Shown here in pieces: positions 36,457 to 46,106 of a DNA stretch of 64,000 nucleotides (the first letter of the stretch is position 1; every line of letters begins with the position of its first letter). The notes beneath the pieces are model-generated. The model was not told where the DNA came from and ran no database searches. It saw only the letters and a program-made list of their open reading frames with translations. The DNA is taken from contig CAWCRS010000007.1 in NCBI GenBank assembly GCA_963798085.1, positions 736,001-800,000 on the forward strand. Direction: 5' to 3'. This stretch comes from an uncultured Gemmatimonadales bacterium (GTDB lineage Bacteria; Gemmatimonadota; Gemmatimonadetes; Longimicrobiales; RSA9). The position numbers were made by a program, and so were the translations under genes.

Positions 36457-39177
36457 TCAGCCGGTGAGCAGACTCCGGACCAGGTTCGAGCGAACCACGC
36501 GCCGCGCGGGCAGCACCGTGGCCACTGCGGCCGCCGCGGCGAGTGTGAGCACGGCGACTGCGTACGTGATGGGATCGCCCGTGCCGATGCCGAACACGAA
36601 ACGCTGGAGACTGATGCTCAGCAGTCGAGCCGCCAGCAGGCCGGCACCGAGACCCAGCAGCACGGGTGCGATCATGCCCCGCGTGACCAACCGCATGACA
36701 TCGCCACGCTGCGCACCCAGTACCATGCGCAGTGACAGATCACGCCGCCGCTGGGCCACGAGATAGCCGATGACGCCGTAGATGCCGACAACGGCAAGCA
36801 CCATAGCCACCACACCGAACGTGCCGAGCAGCCACGCGGCAGCGCGCAGTGGCGCAAGGGCCGCAGAGTACCTGTGGCGCAGTGTGCGCGCTGACGATAC
36901 GGCAACCGCCGGATCCAGTTCACGCATCAGCGCGCGCAGCGGGGCCAGCAGCGCGACCGCGCGACCGCGCGTGCGCACCAGCACGGTGACAGGTGGCGCA
37001 AAGCCCTGTTCCCGGCCCGGCAGGATCGTCTCGGGAAGCAGCGCGAACGGCCGCGTACCCACATCGATGCCGTGCCACGCGGTGCGCCGGATGACGCCCG
37101 TCACACGCAATGGCGCATCGCCTGTCCCCCCGAAGCGCACGGTGCCGCCGACCGGATCACGGCCCTGCCACCAGCGCGCGGCCATGGTCTCGTCGATGAT
37201 CACGACGTGCGCGCCGCTTGTGATCTCGGCGTCCGTGAAATCGCGGCCCGCCACCAGCGGCAGACCAAGCGCGCGCAGATAGCCTGGACCCACCGCCGCA
37301 TAGTCGACGCGCACCTCCTCGTCCGGCGCGGGCTGGTAGCCGTCAATGCTGGCGAATGTCGCGGTGCCGCCTGCCTGCAGCGGGACCTGCGCACCGCTGC
37401 CAACCGCCTGTACGCCGGGAAGCGCACGAGCGCGCTCCGACAGCTGCGCCAGCAGAGCCGCTGTGCGTACCTGCGAATAACGGTTCATTGCGGGGTCGAT
37501 CGTGAGCAGGGCCAGTCCATCAATGTCGAATCCGATGTCCACATCCAGGCGGTTGCGCAGACTGCGCAGGAACAGGCCTGCGCCCGTGATCAGCACCACA
37601 CCGGCTGCCAGCTGCACAGCGACCAGCACGGAGCGCATCCGCACATTGCGCCGCGTGTCTCCGCTGCGACCTTCGCGCAGCACGCCCGCCAGATCCGCAC
37701 GGGCCGCCAGCAGCGCCGGCACCGAGCCGAAAAGCAGGCCGGTCAGCACGGACAGCCCCACTGTGACCAGGACCACGCGCACATTGAGCGTGGCGCCGGC
37801 ACTGCTCACGACGAAGCCGGAGGGCAGCTCGAAGCCGCTGATCAGCCGGAGCACCAGGCGCGCCAGGCCCAGCGCCACCAGACCACCCAGCAGAGACAGC
37901 AGCAGGCTCTCGGTGAGCTGCTGGCGCAGCAGCCGGACCCGCCCCGCGCCCAGAGCCAGACGTACACCGGTTTCCTGGCGCCGGGTCGTGGTCCGTGCCA
38001 ACAGCAGGTTAGCCAGATTGGCGCAGGCCAGCAGCAGTGTCAGACCCACCACACCCTGGAGCACGGCCAGGAAGGCGCTGATCGCCACCCCGCCACCCGG
38101 CAGGATGCGCCGTTCGAGAGGTTCGACCGTGACACGGCGGGAGCCGCGCGCCGCGGAATCCTCCACCAGCAGCTGGTCCGAGACGCGCAGCAGATCCGTG
38201 CCCGCCTGCTCCACCGTTGCGCCCGGACGCAGGCGGCCGACCAGCCCGGGGATCCAGCGCATGGCACGCTCCTCGAACGTGCTCGCGTCGAACCCGTCCG
38301 GCATGAGCTGCGGCAGACCCTGCAGCGGCAGCCACACATCCGGCACCTGTCCCAGCATCAGACCATCGAAGCCGGAGGGCGCCACGCCCACCACCTGGTA
38401 CGCCACGCCGTCCAGATGCACCGTGCGCCCGACCACGTTCGGGTCGGCGCCGAAGCGCGTGCGCCAGTACGCGTGCGAAAGGACCGCCACCGCGTGGTCC
38501 GCCCCTTGCCCATCATCATCGGGCTGCAGCAGCCGCCCCAGTACGGGGCGCAGCCGCAGGACCGGGAAGTAATTGCCTGTTACCATCTCAGCCACGGCCA
38601 TTTCGGTCCCTGCGCCATCGCCCACCGCCACTTCGTACGCCGTGTACGCGGCCAGATCGCCGAGGCGGGTGGAGCGGGCGCGGTACTCCTGATAGTCCGG
38701 CCACGAGGACGCCGAGTGCGGATCGCCCCGCCGCGAGGTGGTCCAGACCGCAACCAGACTGGCAGGATCGGGAACCGCCGGCGAGCGCAGCAGCGCCGCT
38801 TCCACCAGGCTGAAGATCAGCGCGTTCGCGCCAATGCCCAGGGCCAGCGTGAGCACCGCGATCATTGCGAACACGGGAGTTCGCCGCAGGCCTCGCCAGG
38901 CGTAACGCATGTCCTGCCGCACGGACTCCAGGAACCAGATCAGGCGACGACGCCGCGCCACGTGTTCGTCAATGCGCAGACAGGCATCGCGAATGGCCTG
39001 CGCATCGCCGAATGCCGCGATGGCCAGCCGCCTGGCCTCTTCCGCGCTCAGGCCCCCGGCGCGCAGCTCACGCTCTCGCATCGCCAGGTGAAACGCGATC
39101 TCCTCCGTGACGTCACGCTGCGCATCCGGCTGCTGCCGTGTGATGCGGAATCCCGGGCGGAATCGACGCTTCGTCAT
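36457..39177 (-). CDS. ADOP-type duplicated orphan ABC permease with permease-prefix domain
   Basis: EEIAFHLAMRERELRAGGLSAEEARRLA..FG prefix; QDMRYAWRGLRR; LACANLANLLL. Confidence 0.9.
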   Translation of the reverse strand: MTKRRFRPGFRITRQQPDAQRDVTEEIAFHLAMRERELRAGGLSAEEARRLAIAAFGDAQAIRDACLRIDEHVARRRRLIWFLESVRQDMRYAWRGLRRTPVFAMIAVLTLALGIGANALIFSLVEAALLRSPAVPDPASLVAVWTTSRRGDPHSASSWPDYQEYRARSTRLGDLAAYTAYEVAVGDGAGTEMAVAEMVTGNYFPVLRLRPVLGRLLQPDDDGQGADHAVAVLSHAYWRTRFGADPNVVGRTVHLDGVAYQVVGVAPSGFDGLMLGQVPDVWLPLQGLPQLMPDGFDASTFEERAMRWIPGLVGRLRPGATVEQAGTDLLRVSDQLLVEDSAARGSRRVTVEPLERRILPGGGVAISAFLAVLQGVVGLTLLLACANLANLLLARTTTRRQETGVRLALGAGRVRLLRQQLTESLLLSLLGGLVALGLARLVLRLISGFELPSGFVVSSAGATLNVRVVLVTVGLSVLTGLLFGSVPALLAARADLAGVLREGRSGDTRRNVRMRSVLVAVQLAAGVVLITGAGLFLRSLRNRLDVDIGFDIDGLALLTIDPAMNRYSQVRTAALLAQLSERARALPGVQAVGSGAQVPLQAGGTATFASIDGYQPAPDEEVRVDYAAVGPGYLRALGLPLVAGRDFTDAEITSGAHVVIIDETMAARWWQGRDPVGGTVRFGGTGDAPLRVTGVIRRTAWHGIDVGTRPFALLPETILPGREQGFAPPVTVLVRTRGRAVALLAPLRALMRELDPAVAVSSARTLRHRYSAALAPLRAAAWLLGTFGVVAMVLAVVGIYGVIGYLVAQRRRDLSLRMVLGAQRGDVMRLVTRGMIAPVLLGLGAGLLAARLLSISLQRFVFGIGTGDPITYAVAVLTLAAAAAVATVLPARRVVRSNLVRSLLTG

Positions 39178-39512
39178 GCCCGGCTTCGCTGCGCGCCCAG
39201 CACCGCCTCCACCGCCGTCGCGTGCTCACGCCAGCGATCGCGCTCGGCCGCCAGCCGGCGCCGGCCCGCAGCCGTCAGCCGATAGAACTTCGCCTGCCGC
39301 CCCAGCTCCGAGGCACCCCAGCGCGCAGCCACCAGCCGTTGCCGCTCCAGGCGGTGCAGCGCCGGATACAGCGCGCCTTCCTCAATGCGCAAAACATCAC
39401 GGCTCTGCTGCCGCAGCCAGCGCCCGATCGCGTAGCCGTGCAGCGGTTCGCTCTCCAGCGCCTGCAGCATCAGCAGGTCCAGCGTTCCCGTAAAGACATT
39501 GCTTCCCGACAC
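39174..39512 (-). CDS. PadR-family regulator (acidobacterial type)
   Basis: GTLDLLML...LHGYAI...IEEGALYPALHRLE...AKFYRLTAAG; ATGA overlap with the permease. Confidence 0.9.
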   Translation of the reverse strand: MSGSNVFTGTLDLLMLQALESEPLHGYAIGRWLRQQSRDVLRIEEGALYPALHRLERQRLVAARWGASELGRQAKFYRLTAAGRRRLAAERDRWREHATAVEAVLGAQRSRA

Positions 39513-39537
39513 GCGTCGCCTCGCTCCGGTTGCCTGA

Positions 39538-39588
39538 TACCTTGGTGACTGAGGTAATCTGGCGCGGGATACCTCAGTGAGCAAGGGG
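39538..39588 (-). promoter_or_regulatory. Paired PadR operator sites overlapping a sigma70-type promoter
   Basis: TACCT-N9-AGGTA (39538-39556) and TACCT-N9-AGGGG (39570-39588), forming a 15/17 inverted repeat; minus strand TTGCTC-17 nt-CAGATT. Confidence 0.65.
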
Positions 39589-39713
39589 AGGGGCCGACGG
39601 CCGCCGCGGCGCGCGGCTGCGCACGCCTGGCGATCCGGCGGCGCTGCTACCGGCGGTCGCGCGCCGTCGTCCACAACATGAATGCATCCGCCCCGGTCCG
39701 GACCGCGGGTACG

Positions 39714-39890
39714 ATGCGCGCAGCCGTGGACCGCTCGCTCGCGGTGCGCAGCTTCACGCTGGACCTGCTGCAGGCGTTCGGATTGCTGGCGCTGTTCCTG
39801 GCGTGCGTCGGCGTCTACGGCGTGACGTCGCTGTCGGTGACCGAGCGCAATCGCGAGATCGGCCTGCGCAAGGCGCTCGGTGCGCGCTCA
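39714..39890 (+). pseudogene. Fragment of an ADOP permease C-terminal FtsX domain
   Basis: AFGLLALFLACVGVYGVTSLSVTERNREIGLRKALGA, with no upstream or downstream permease sequence. Confidence 0.65.
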
Positions 39891-39892
39891 CC

Positions 39893-40651
39893 TCAGCGGC
39901 CGCCCGCCACGCGAATGACTTCGCCCGTGATGTAGGAGGCAGCGCCGGACGCGAGGAACAGCACGGCGTGCCCAATGTCCTCGGCGGTGCCGAGTCGGCG
40001 CAGCGGGATCGACTCGACCAGTCTGCGCTGGCCTTCCTCGCCGTAGGACTGCCATTGCCGCTCGGTGTTCGGGTTGGAGCGCACGAAGCCGGGCGCAATG
40101 CTGTTCACCGTAATGCCGAACGGCCCCAGTTCGTGCGCCAGCTGACGCGTGAGCGAGAGGAGTGCGGCCTTGGCCGCGGCATACGCCTGGATGCCAGTGA
40201 GACTGACGGTGATGCCGGCGCCACTGGAGATGTTGACGATGCGTCCCGTCTGCAGACGCTTCATGTGCGGCACGACGGCCTGCGCGAGAAAGAACGCACC
40301 GTTCAGGTTCACATCGATGATGGCGCGCCAGTCGGCTTCGCTGACGTCTTCGACCGGGCGCCCCACCTGACCCAGCACACCGCCCGCGTTGTTGACCAGG
40401 ATGTGGACGCCAGTTCCCGCCGCTGCGGCTTCCTCGACGACTGCGCGGCAGGCACTGCGATCCGTAACATCGAGTTGCCGGGCGGTACAGGATGCGCCGC
40501 ACAGTGCGGCGGTCTCGCGCACCTCTTCGGCGAGGATGTCGCAGCACCAGACGCGGGCGCCCGCCTCTGCCAGCTGCCGGCTGATCTCGCGGCCGAAGCC
40601 GTGCGCGGCACCGGTCACGATGGCGGTCTGTCCGTCGAGTCGAGCGTCCAT
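39893..40651 (-). CDS. SDR-family oxidoreductase
   Basis: TGAAHGFG, LVNNAG, YAAAK and VNSIAPG. Confidence 0.92.
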   Translation of the reverse strand: MDARLDGQTAIVTGAAHGFGREISRQLAEAGARVWCCDILAEEVRETAALCGASCTARQLDVTDRSACRAVVEEAAAAGTGVHILVNNAGGVLGQVGRPVEDVSEADWRAIIDVNLNGAFFLAQAVVPHMKRLQTGRIVNISSGAGITVSLTGIQAYAAAKAALLSLTRQLAHELGPFGITVNSIAPGFVRSNPNTERQWQSYGEEGQRRLVESIPLRRLGTAEDIGHAVLFLASGAASYITGEVIRVAGGR

Positions 40652-40966
40652 GCCGTTCTCCCTGAGCGTGCTCTGTCGTCCCGGAGGTTGCCGGTGTTCC
40701 CGAGCAGCCCGCAAGGGGCGGCAGGCATGTCCGCGAACTCGCCTCAGCGCCCGTTCCGGTCAGGCGCGGCAGCCGCGCGTCCAGCCTGCATCCGCAATCT
40801 CGCGTTAACGGTGCGCTTTGCCGGATTGCCCTGCGCGGTCCGCCGCAGCATGATGCTGCCAATGGCCAGGAAGATCACGGCGCGGGGCAGGTTCCTGCTG
40901 GAGAGTATGGACAGCCGGCCGGCCCGTCCGGGCTGCGCATGCTTTCGTCGAAGATCGGGAGACATC

Positions 40967-42364
40967 ATGGGCAAGAGACTCTGGTGCATCGTCGCGCTGT
41001 TCGCCGGCACATGGCTCGGCTGCCGGGGCGCGGCCTCGCCTGCGGCCAGCGTCGCCATCACGCACGTCACGGTGATCGACGTCGCTGGCGCTGCCCCATC
41101 CCCGGATATGACCGTGCTGATCGCGGGCAATCGCATCCAGTCGATCGGGCACGAAGCGGCGCCCGCGGGCGCCACGGTGGTGGATGGGTCGGGCAAGTAT
41201 CTGATCCCGGGCCTCTGGGACATGCACATGCACGTTTCCCTGCTGCGCGGACCCGCGATTCTTCCCCTCTTCCTGGCCTGGGGCATCACGGGCGTGCGCG
41301 ACATGGGCTCGCCGGATTCGATCTTCGTCTGGCGCGACGAGATTGCGGCCGGCAGCCGCGTCGGACCCCGCATCGTTGCGGCCGGCCTGGCGTTCGTGAA
41401 CCATGCGACCGGTGCGATCACGCCCAGCACCTGGGGTCAGGGGATCACCAATGCGGCGGACGCGCCGCAGGCTGTGGCGCGCGTTGCGGAACACGCCGAC
41501 TACGTGAAGATCCAGGATTCGTTCATGCGCAGGGACGTGTGGCTCGCGCTCGCCCGCGAGGCCAGGGCACGGCGCATGCCGATTGCCGGCCACGTGCCGT
41601 TCGGCCTCACCCTCGAGGAAGCGATCGACAGCGGCCTGACCAGCATCGAGCACTCGCTCGGCCTCGCGCCCGCCTTCACAAACCACGAGAGGGAGCTGCG
41701 CAATCGCGTGCTGGCACAGAAAGACGATGCACAACGCTATAACGCGCTGTATGCCGCGGACGCGGAGGCCGTGGGGCACATCGACAGCACGCGCGTCCGC
41801 GCGCTGGCTGCGCTCATGGTGCAGCGGGGTGTGGCGCTGGATGCCACGCTCAAGGATCTGGAATCAGAAGCCTTCGCCGCGTCCGGCCGCTGGAACGATG
41901 ATCCGCGTCTCGAGGACCTGGCGCCGGACCTCGTGAACGACTGGCGCAATCAGGGCGCCCACGATTTCAATGCGACGAGCACCGCGAATCTGCGTGTGAC
42001 GTTCGCCGCCATGCCGGCACTCGTTGCACGGCTGGAGCACCTCGGCGTCATGATTCTCGCCGGTACGGATGCGGGCGCGATGTTCGATTTCCCCGCGACC
42101 GATCTGCACCGCGAGCTGGAGCTCCTGGTCGAAGGCGGGCTCACGCCCGTGGAGGCGTTGCGATCGGCCACGCTCGATCCGGCCCGTTACCTGGGACTCG
42201 CGGACTCGCTCGGGGTCATCCGCGCCGGCTACGTGGCCGATCTCGTACTCCTCAATGCCGATCCCCTGCAGGACATCCACAACACCCGGCGCATCGCTGC
42301 GGTCATCCGCAACGGCCAGGTGCTGGACCGCGCTGCGTTGGCTGGCATGCGCGAGCGCCGGTGA
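40967..42364 (+). CDS. Amidohydrolase-family lipoprotein
   Basis: Lipobox WLGC; LIPGLWDMHMH, AGH, SIEH, LAGTDAG, ADLVLLNADP. Confidence 0.88.
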   Translation: MGKRLWCIVALFAGTWLGCRGAASPAASVAITHVTVIDVAGAAPSPDMTVLIAGNRIQSIGHEAAPAGATVVDGSGKYLIPGLWDMHMHVSLLRGPAILPLFLAWGITGVRDMGSPDSIFVWRDEIAAGSRVGPRIVAAGLAFVNHATGAITPSTWGQGITNAADAPQAVARVAEHADYVKIQDSFMRRDVWLALAREARARRMPIAGHVPFGLTLEEAIDSGLTSIEHSLGLAPAFTNHERELRNRVLAQKDDAQRYNALYAADAEAVGHIDSTRVRALAALMVQRGVALDATLKDLESEAFAASGRWNDDPRLEDLAPDLVNDWRNQGAHDFNATSTANLRVTFAAMPALVARLEHLGVMILAGTDAGAMFDFPATDLHRELELLVEGGLTPVEALRSATLDPARYLGLADSLGVIRAGYVADLVLLNADPLQDIHNTRRIAAVIRNGQVLDRAALAGMRERR

Positions 42365-42405
42365 TGCCGTGACCGGCAGCCCGCGACGGGTCTAACCGTA
42401 TACTA

Positions 42406-43548
42406 TCAACGCGCCAGCAGGCGGACGGACAATCCGCCGTTCGAGGTCGCGAACAGCTCGAGCAGTGCCGGATCGGGAGGCAGTCGCTCGGGCTGGAGCA
42501 GGGCGAGCCGCCATTCGCGCAGGGGTCCGCGCGCCAGCGCGTTCAGCTCAGCGAGCACGGCGAGGGCCGTGTTGCGCTCGCCCGTGCGCACGCCGTAGGG
42601 AGGGTTGGTGACCAGCCAGCCGGGCTCTGCGGGCGCCACGAGGGCGGAAAGCGGTCGCACCGCGAACTCGATGTCATCGAGCACACCGGCGCGGGCGGCA
42701 TTCTCCTTCGCCGCCCGGATGGCCCCGCCGTTCCGATCAGAGGCGACAATGCGCGTTCCGCTCCGTTCCCGCACCTGCGCTCTCGCATCGTCCACCACCT
42801 GTCGCCAGAGCGCAAGATCGAAGCCCGGCCATTGCGTGAAGGCGAACGCGCGCGGCTGCCGCTCGGCGCCGGCAATGCCGGGCGCAATGTTGCGGGCCAG
42901 CAGCGCGGCCTCAATGGCGATCGTGCCGGAGCCGCAGAGCGGGTCGAGCAGCGGCGCGCGCGGATCCCACGCCGAGGCCAGCAGCATCGCGGCGGCCAGC
43001 GTCTCACGCAGAGGCGCTTTCGCGAGTGCCTGACGGTACCCGCGCTGGTGCAGCAGCGCGCCCGACGCATCCGCGCGCACGAGGCAGCGGTCGCGCAGGA
43101 AACGAACGACGAAGAGCTGACCCGTGTCGTCGCCTGCATCCTGATCTTCCGCCGCATGCGCGACACCGCGTGCGCCTGTGCTCGCTTCGATGGCTTCGAG
43201 GAAACGCTCGGCGACCGCGCCTTCGTGGTAGAGTCGGGATTTCCGGCAGGTGACACGCAGTGCCACGGGGCGGCCGGCATTGAGGAAGCCGGACCAGGGC
43301 AGTGCGCGGGCGTGTCGTTCCAGCTCGAAGAATGTGCGTGCGCGGAAGTCGCCGATACCGGCTGTTATGCGGCTGGCAGTGCGCGACCACAGATTCGCGA
43401 TGCACAGGTCGCGCGCGCCCCCGTCCCACGACACGCCGCCCTGCTCGATCGTGCCGTGGATGTTCAGGGCAGCGAGTTCGGTCGCGAGCACGCGCTCGAG
43501 ACCGGGCGTGCTGACCGCGAACAGCGGCAATTTCGCCGCGCCGCTCAC
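42406..43548 (-). CDS. THUMP-domain class I SAM-dependent RNA methyltransferase (RlmL-like)
   Basis: PGLE, LHQRGYR, APLRETLAAAML, DPLCGSGT, TNPPYG; GTGA overlap with the upstream permease. Confidence 0.88.
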   Translation of the reverse strand: MSGAAKLPLFAVSTPGLERVLATELAALNIHGTIEQGGVSWDGGARDLCIANLWSRTASRITAGIGDFRARTFFELERHARALPWSGFLNAGRPVALRVTCRKSRLYHEGAVAERFLEAIEASTGARGVAHAAEDQDAGDDTGQLFVVRFLRDRCLVRADASGALLHQRGYRQALAKAPLRETLAAAMLLASAWDPRAPLLDPLCGSGTIAIEAALLARNIAPGIAGAERQPRAFAFTQWPGFDLALWRQVVDDARAQVRERSGTRIVASDRNGGAIRAAKENAARAGVLDDIEFAVRPLSALVAPAEPGWLVTNPPYGVRTGERNTALAVLAELNALARGPLREWRLALLQPERLPPDPALLELFATSNGGLSVRLLAR

Positions 43549-46001
43549 TCCGTGCGCAGTGCGTGCATTGGATCGACGTGCGCCGCCCGCCTGGCCGGTA
43601 CCCACGAGGCGAGGACCCCGACGCCGCCCAGCAGTGCGGGCACGGCGAGGAACGTGAGCGCGTCGGTCGCATGCACGCCGTAGAGGAATCCCGATAACAG
43701 CCATGTCAGCGCGGCCGCGAGCGCCAGGCCGATGGCACAGCCCACCCCGATGAGCTTCACGCCGCCGCCCGTGAGCAGACCCACGACGTCGCGCTGGCTG
43801 GCGCCCAGCGCCGCACGGATGCCCACCTCGCGCGTGCGCCGCGCCACCGCGTAGCTGACCATGCCGTACAGTCCCACGGCCGCTAACAGCAGTGCCAGCC
43901 CGCCGAATACGGAGAGCAGCAGGGCCGCCATGCGCGGCGGATAGAGCAGCAGTGCCAGGTGCTGCTCCATGGTCTTCGCTTCCATGATCACGATGCGAGG
44001 GTTGATGGCGAGCGCGGTCCGCTGCGCCGCCGCCACCAGCTGCGGCGCGGGCAGTGAGCCGTGCAGCACGAACATCATGGATGGAATGTACGTCTGCGCA
44101 CTGTTCAGATAGAAGTAGGGCCGCGGCGCCTCGCCCAGTGTCCGCACTTTGGTGTCGCGCACCACGCCCACGACGCGCACCGGCGTATCGCGGGTGCGGC
44201 CGAGGTAGAAGATCTGGCCGACGGCATCGCCGCCCGGCCAGAACTGCCTCGCCGCCGCTTCGCTGATCACCGCGACGCGCGCGGTGCCCGCGCCGTCCGC
44301 GTCGGTGAACACGCGCCCCGCCATCAACGGAATGTGCAGCAGATCGAAGTAGGCGCCGTCGACGTGCGTGAAATCGACGTCCCATGTCTTCTGGCCGGGC
44401 GGCGGCTGCACGCCGTCGACGGAGATGTTCTCGGTCTGGATGGCGGCGCCCAGCGGCAGCCGGTCCGCGAGCGCGACCCCCGTCACGCCGGGCAGCGCGC
44501 GCAGCGCGTCCACCAGCTGGCGCTGCACGGGCGGGCCCGACTTGTCGTCGAAACCGCTCATGTCGAGCTGCGGCCAGAGAATCGCGGCCGGTCCGATGTC
44601 GAAGCCCGGGTCAATGCGCTGCGCCTTGTCCAGACTGCGCAGGAACAGGCCGGCGCCCACGAGCAGCAGCACGGAAACGGCCATCTGGGCGACGACGAGT
44701 GCGCCGCGCAGCGTGACCCTGCGCCGGCCGCCGATCACGCCGCCGGCTTCATCGCGCAACACCGATGACATGTCGGCGCGCGTGGCCTGCAGCCCCGGCG
44801 CCAGTCCGAACGCGATGCCGGCGACGATCGAGATGGCCAGCGTGAAGAGCAGCACGTGGCTGTCGATGCCCACGTTCAGGTGCACGGGAATCGGCAGTGG
44901 CGGCTGGAAGCTCGTGAGCAGACGCAGCGCCCACTGCGCGAGCAGCACCGCCGCCACACCACCGAGCAGTGATAACAGGATGCTCTCGACGACGAGCTGG
45001 CGCACCAGCTGCCAGCGATGCGCGCCCAGCGAAAGCCGTACGGCGATCTCGCGGCGGCGGTCCGTGGCGCGCGCCAGCAGGAAGCTCGCCAGGTTGGCGC
45101 ACGCGATCAGCAGCACCAGACCGACCACCGCGAGCAGCAGTCCCGCGACCGGGTACAGTGCGCGATCGACTGCCGGATGGATCGCGACGCTGCTCGAGGG
45201 CACCAGCGACATGCGCCTGGCGGTATTGGATTCCGGGTACTGCTTCTCGAGGCGCGCGCTGATGGCGCCCACGGCGACGCCGGCCTGCGCCAGACTCACG
45301 CCCGGCTTGAGCCGGCCAACCAGGAAGAGGCTGCGGCTGCCGCGCGTGGTGAGCCTGTCGCTGCCTGCCGGGTTCAGGTCGTTCGCCATCATCATGGGCA
45401 GATACATGTCCGTGTCGACCATCGGGTACATGCCCTTGAACTGCGGCGCCAGAACGCCGATCACGGTGTAGGCGCGCCGGTTGAGCTGCACGGTGCGGCC
45501 GATGACGCCGGGATCCGCGTTGAAGGCGCGGCGCCAGTAGGCGTCGCCCAGCACGGCCACCGGATTGCGTCCCGGCACGGCTGTTTCCTCGGGCGCGAAG
45601 GTACGCCCTAACACCGCGTTGAGCCCGAGGACGGAGAAGAAGTTGCCCGACACCAGCTCGCCCATGACCATGCTGGTGGTTTCGTCGCGCTCGGCCTGGG
45701 CCAGGAACAGCTCGTGCGCCAGTACGCCGTCGAACACGGTGGCCGACTGCCTCAGGTCTTCGTAATCCGGATACGATGACGTGGCGTAGACGATGCCGTT
45801 GTCGTCGCTGGTGTAGATGTTCACCAGGTTCTGCGGCGAGGCGACGGCGAGGTCGCGCAGCAGCAGGGAATTGACCACGCTGAAGATGGCGGTGTTGGCG
45901 CCAATGCCGAGCGCCAGCGAGAGCACCGCCACCGTAGTGAAAAGGGGACTGCCGATGAGCCGGCGCAGGCCGTAGCGCACGTCGCGCAGCACGAGTTCCA
46001 T
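43545..46001 (-). CDS. ADOP-type duplicated orphan ABC permease
   Basis: RDVRYGLRRL, LVLLIACANLASFLL and RRTREVGIRAALGA. Confidence 0.9.
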   Translation of the reverse strand: MELVLRDVRYGLRRLIGSPLFTTVAVLSLALGIGANTAIFSVVNSLLLRDLAVASPQNLVNIYTSDDNGIVYATSSYPDYEDLRQSATVFDGVLAHELFLAQAERDETTSMVMGELVSGNFFSVLGLNAVLGRTFAPEETAVPGRNPVAVLGDAYWRRAFNADPGVIGRTVQLNRRAYTVIGVLAPQFKGMYPMVDTDMYLPMMMANDLNPAGSDRLTTRGSRSLFLVGRLKPGVSLAQAGVAVGAISARLEKQYPESNTARRMSLVPSSSVAIHPAVDRALYPVAGLLLAVVGLVLLIACANLASFLLARATDRRREIAVRLSLGAHRWQLVRQLVVESILLSLLGGVAAVLLAQWALRLLTSFQPPLPIPVHLNVGIDSHVLLFTLAISIVAGIAFGLAPGLQATRADMSSVLRDEAGGVIGGRRRVTLRGALVVAQMAVSVLLLVGAGLFLRSLDKAQRIDPGFDIGPAAILWPQLDMSGFDDKSGPPVQRQLVDALRALPGVTGVALADRLPLGAAIQTENISVDGVQPPPGQKTWDVDFTHVDGAYFDLLHIPLMAGRVFTDADGAGTARVAVISEAAARQFWPGGDAVGQIFYLGRTRDTPVRVVGVVRDTKVRTLGEAPRPYFYLNSAQTYIPSMMFVLHGSLPAPQLVAAAQRTALAINPRIVIMEAKTMEQHLALLLYPPRMAALLLSVFGGLALLLAAVGLYGMVSYAVARRTREVGIRAALGASQRDVVGLLTGGGVKLIGVGCAIGLALAAALTWLLSGFLYGVHATDALTFLAVPALLGGVGVLASWVPARRAAHVDPMHALRTE

Positions 46002-46106
46002 GAGGTACCTCGGTCGGAGGCAGAGGGCCTGGGGCCCGCCGCGCACGACGTCCGCACGGTCGTGGCGACGAGCCCCGTACGCACTGCGCGAGATGCCGGT
46101 TTCGCG

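Noticed and set aside
39803..40966. Long N-terminal extension of the amidohydrolase ORF
   Set aside because: Antisense to the SDR gene; the real start is the RBS-preceded ATG at 40967 with a lipoprotein signal.
43549..44385. Apparent N-terminal extension of the RNA methyltransferase
   Set aside because: Alternative frame of the ADOP permease; GTG 43548 overlaps the permease stop.
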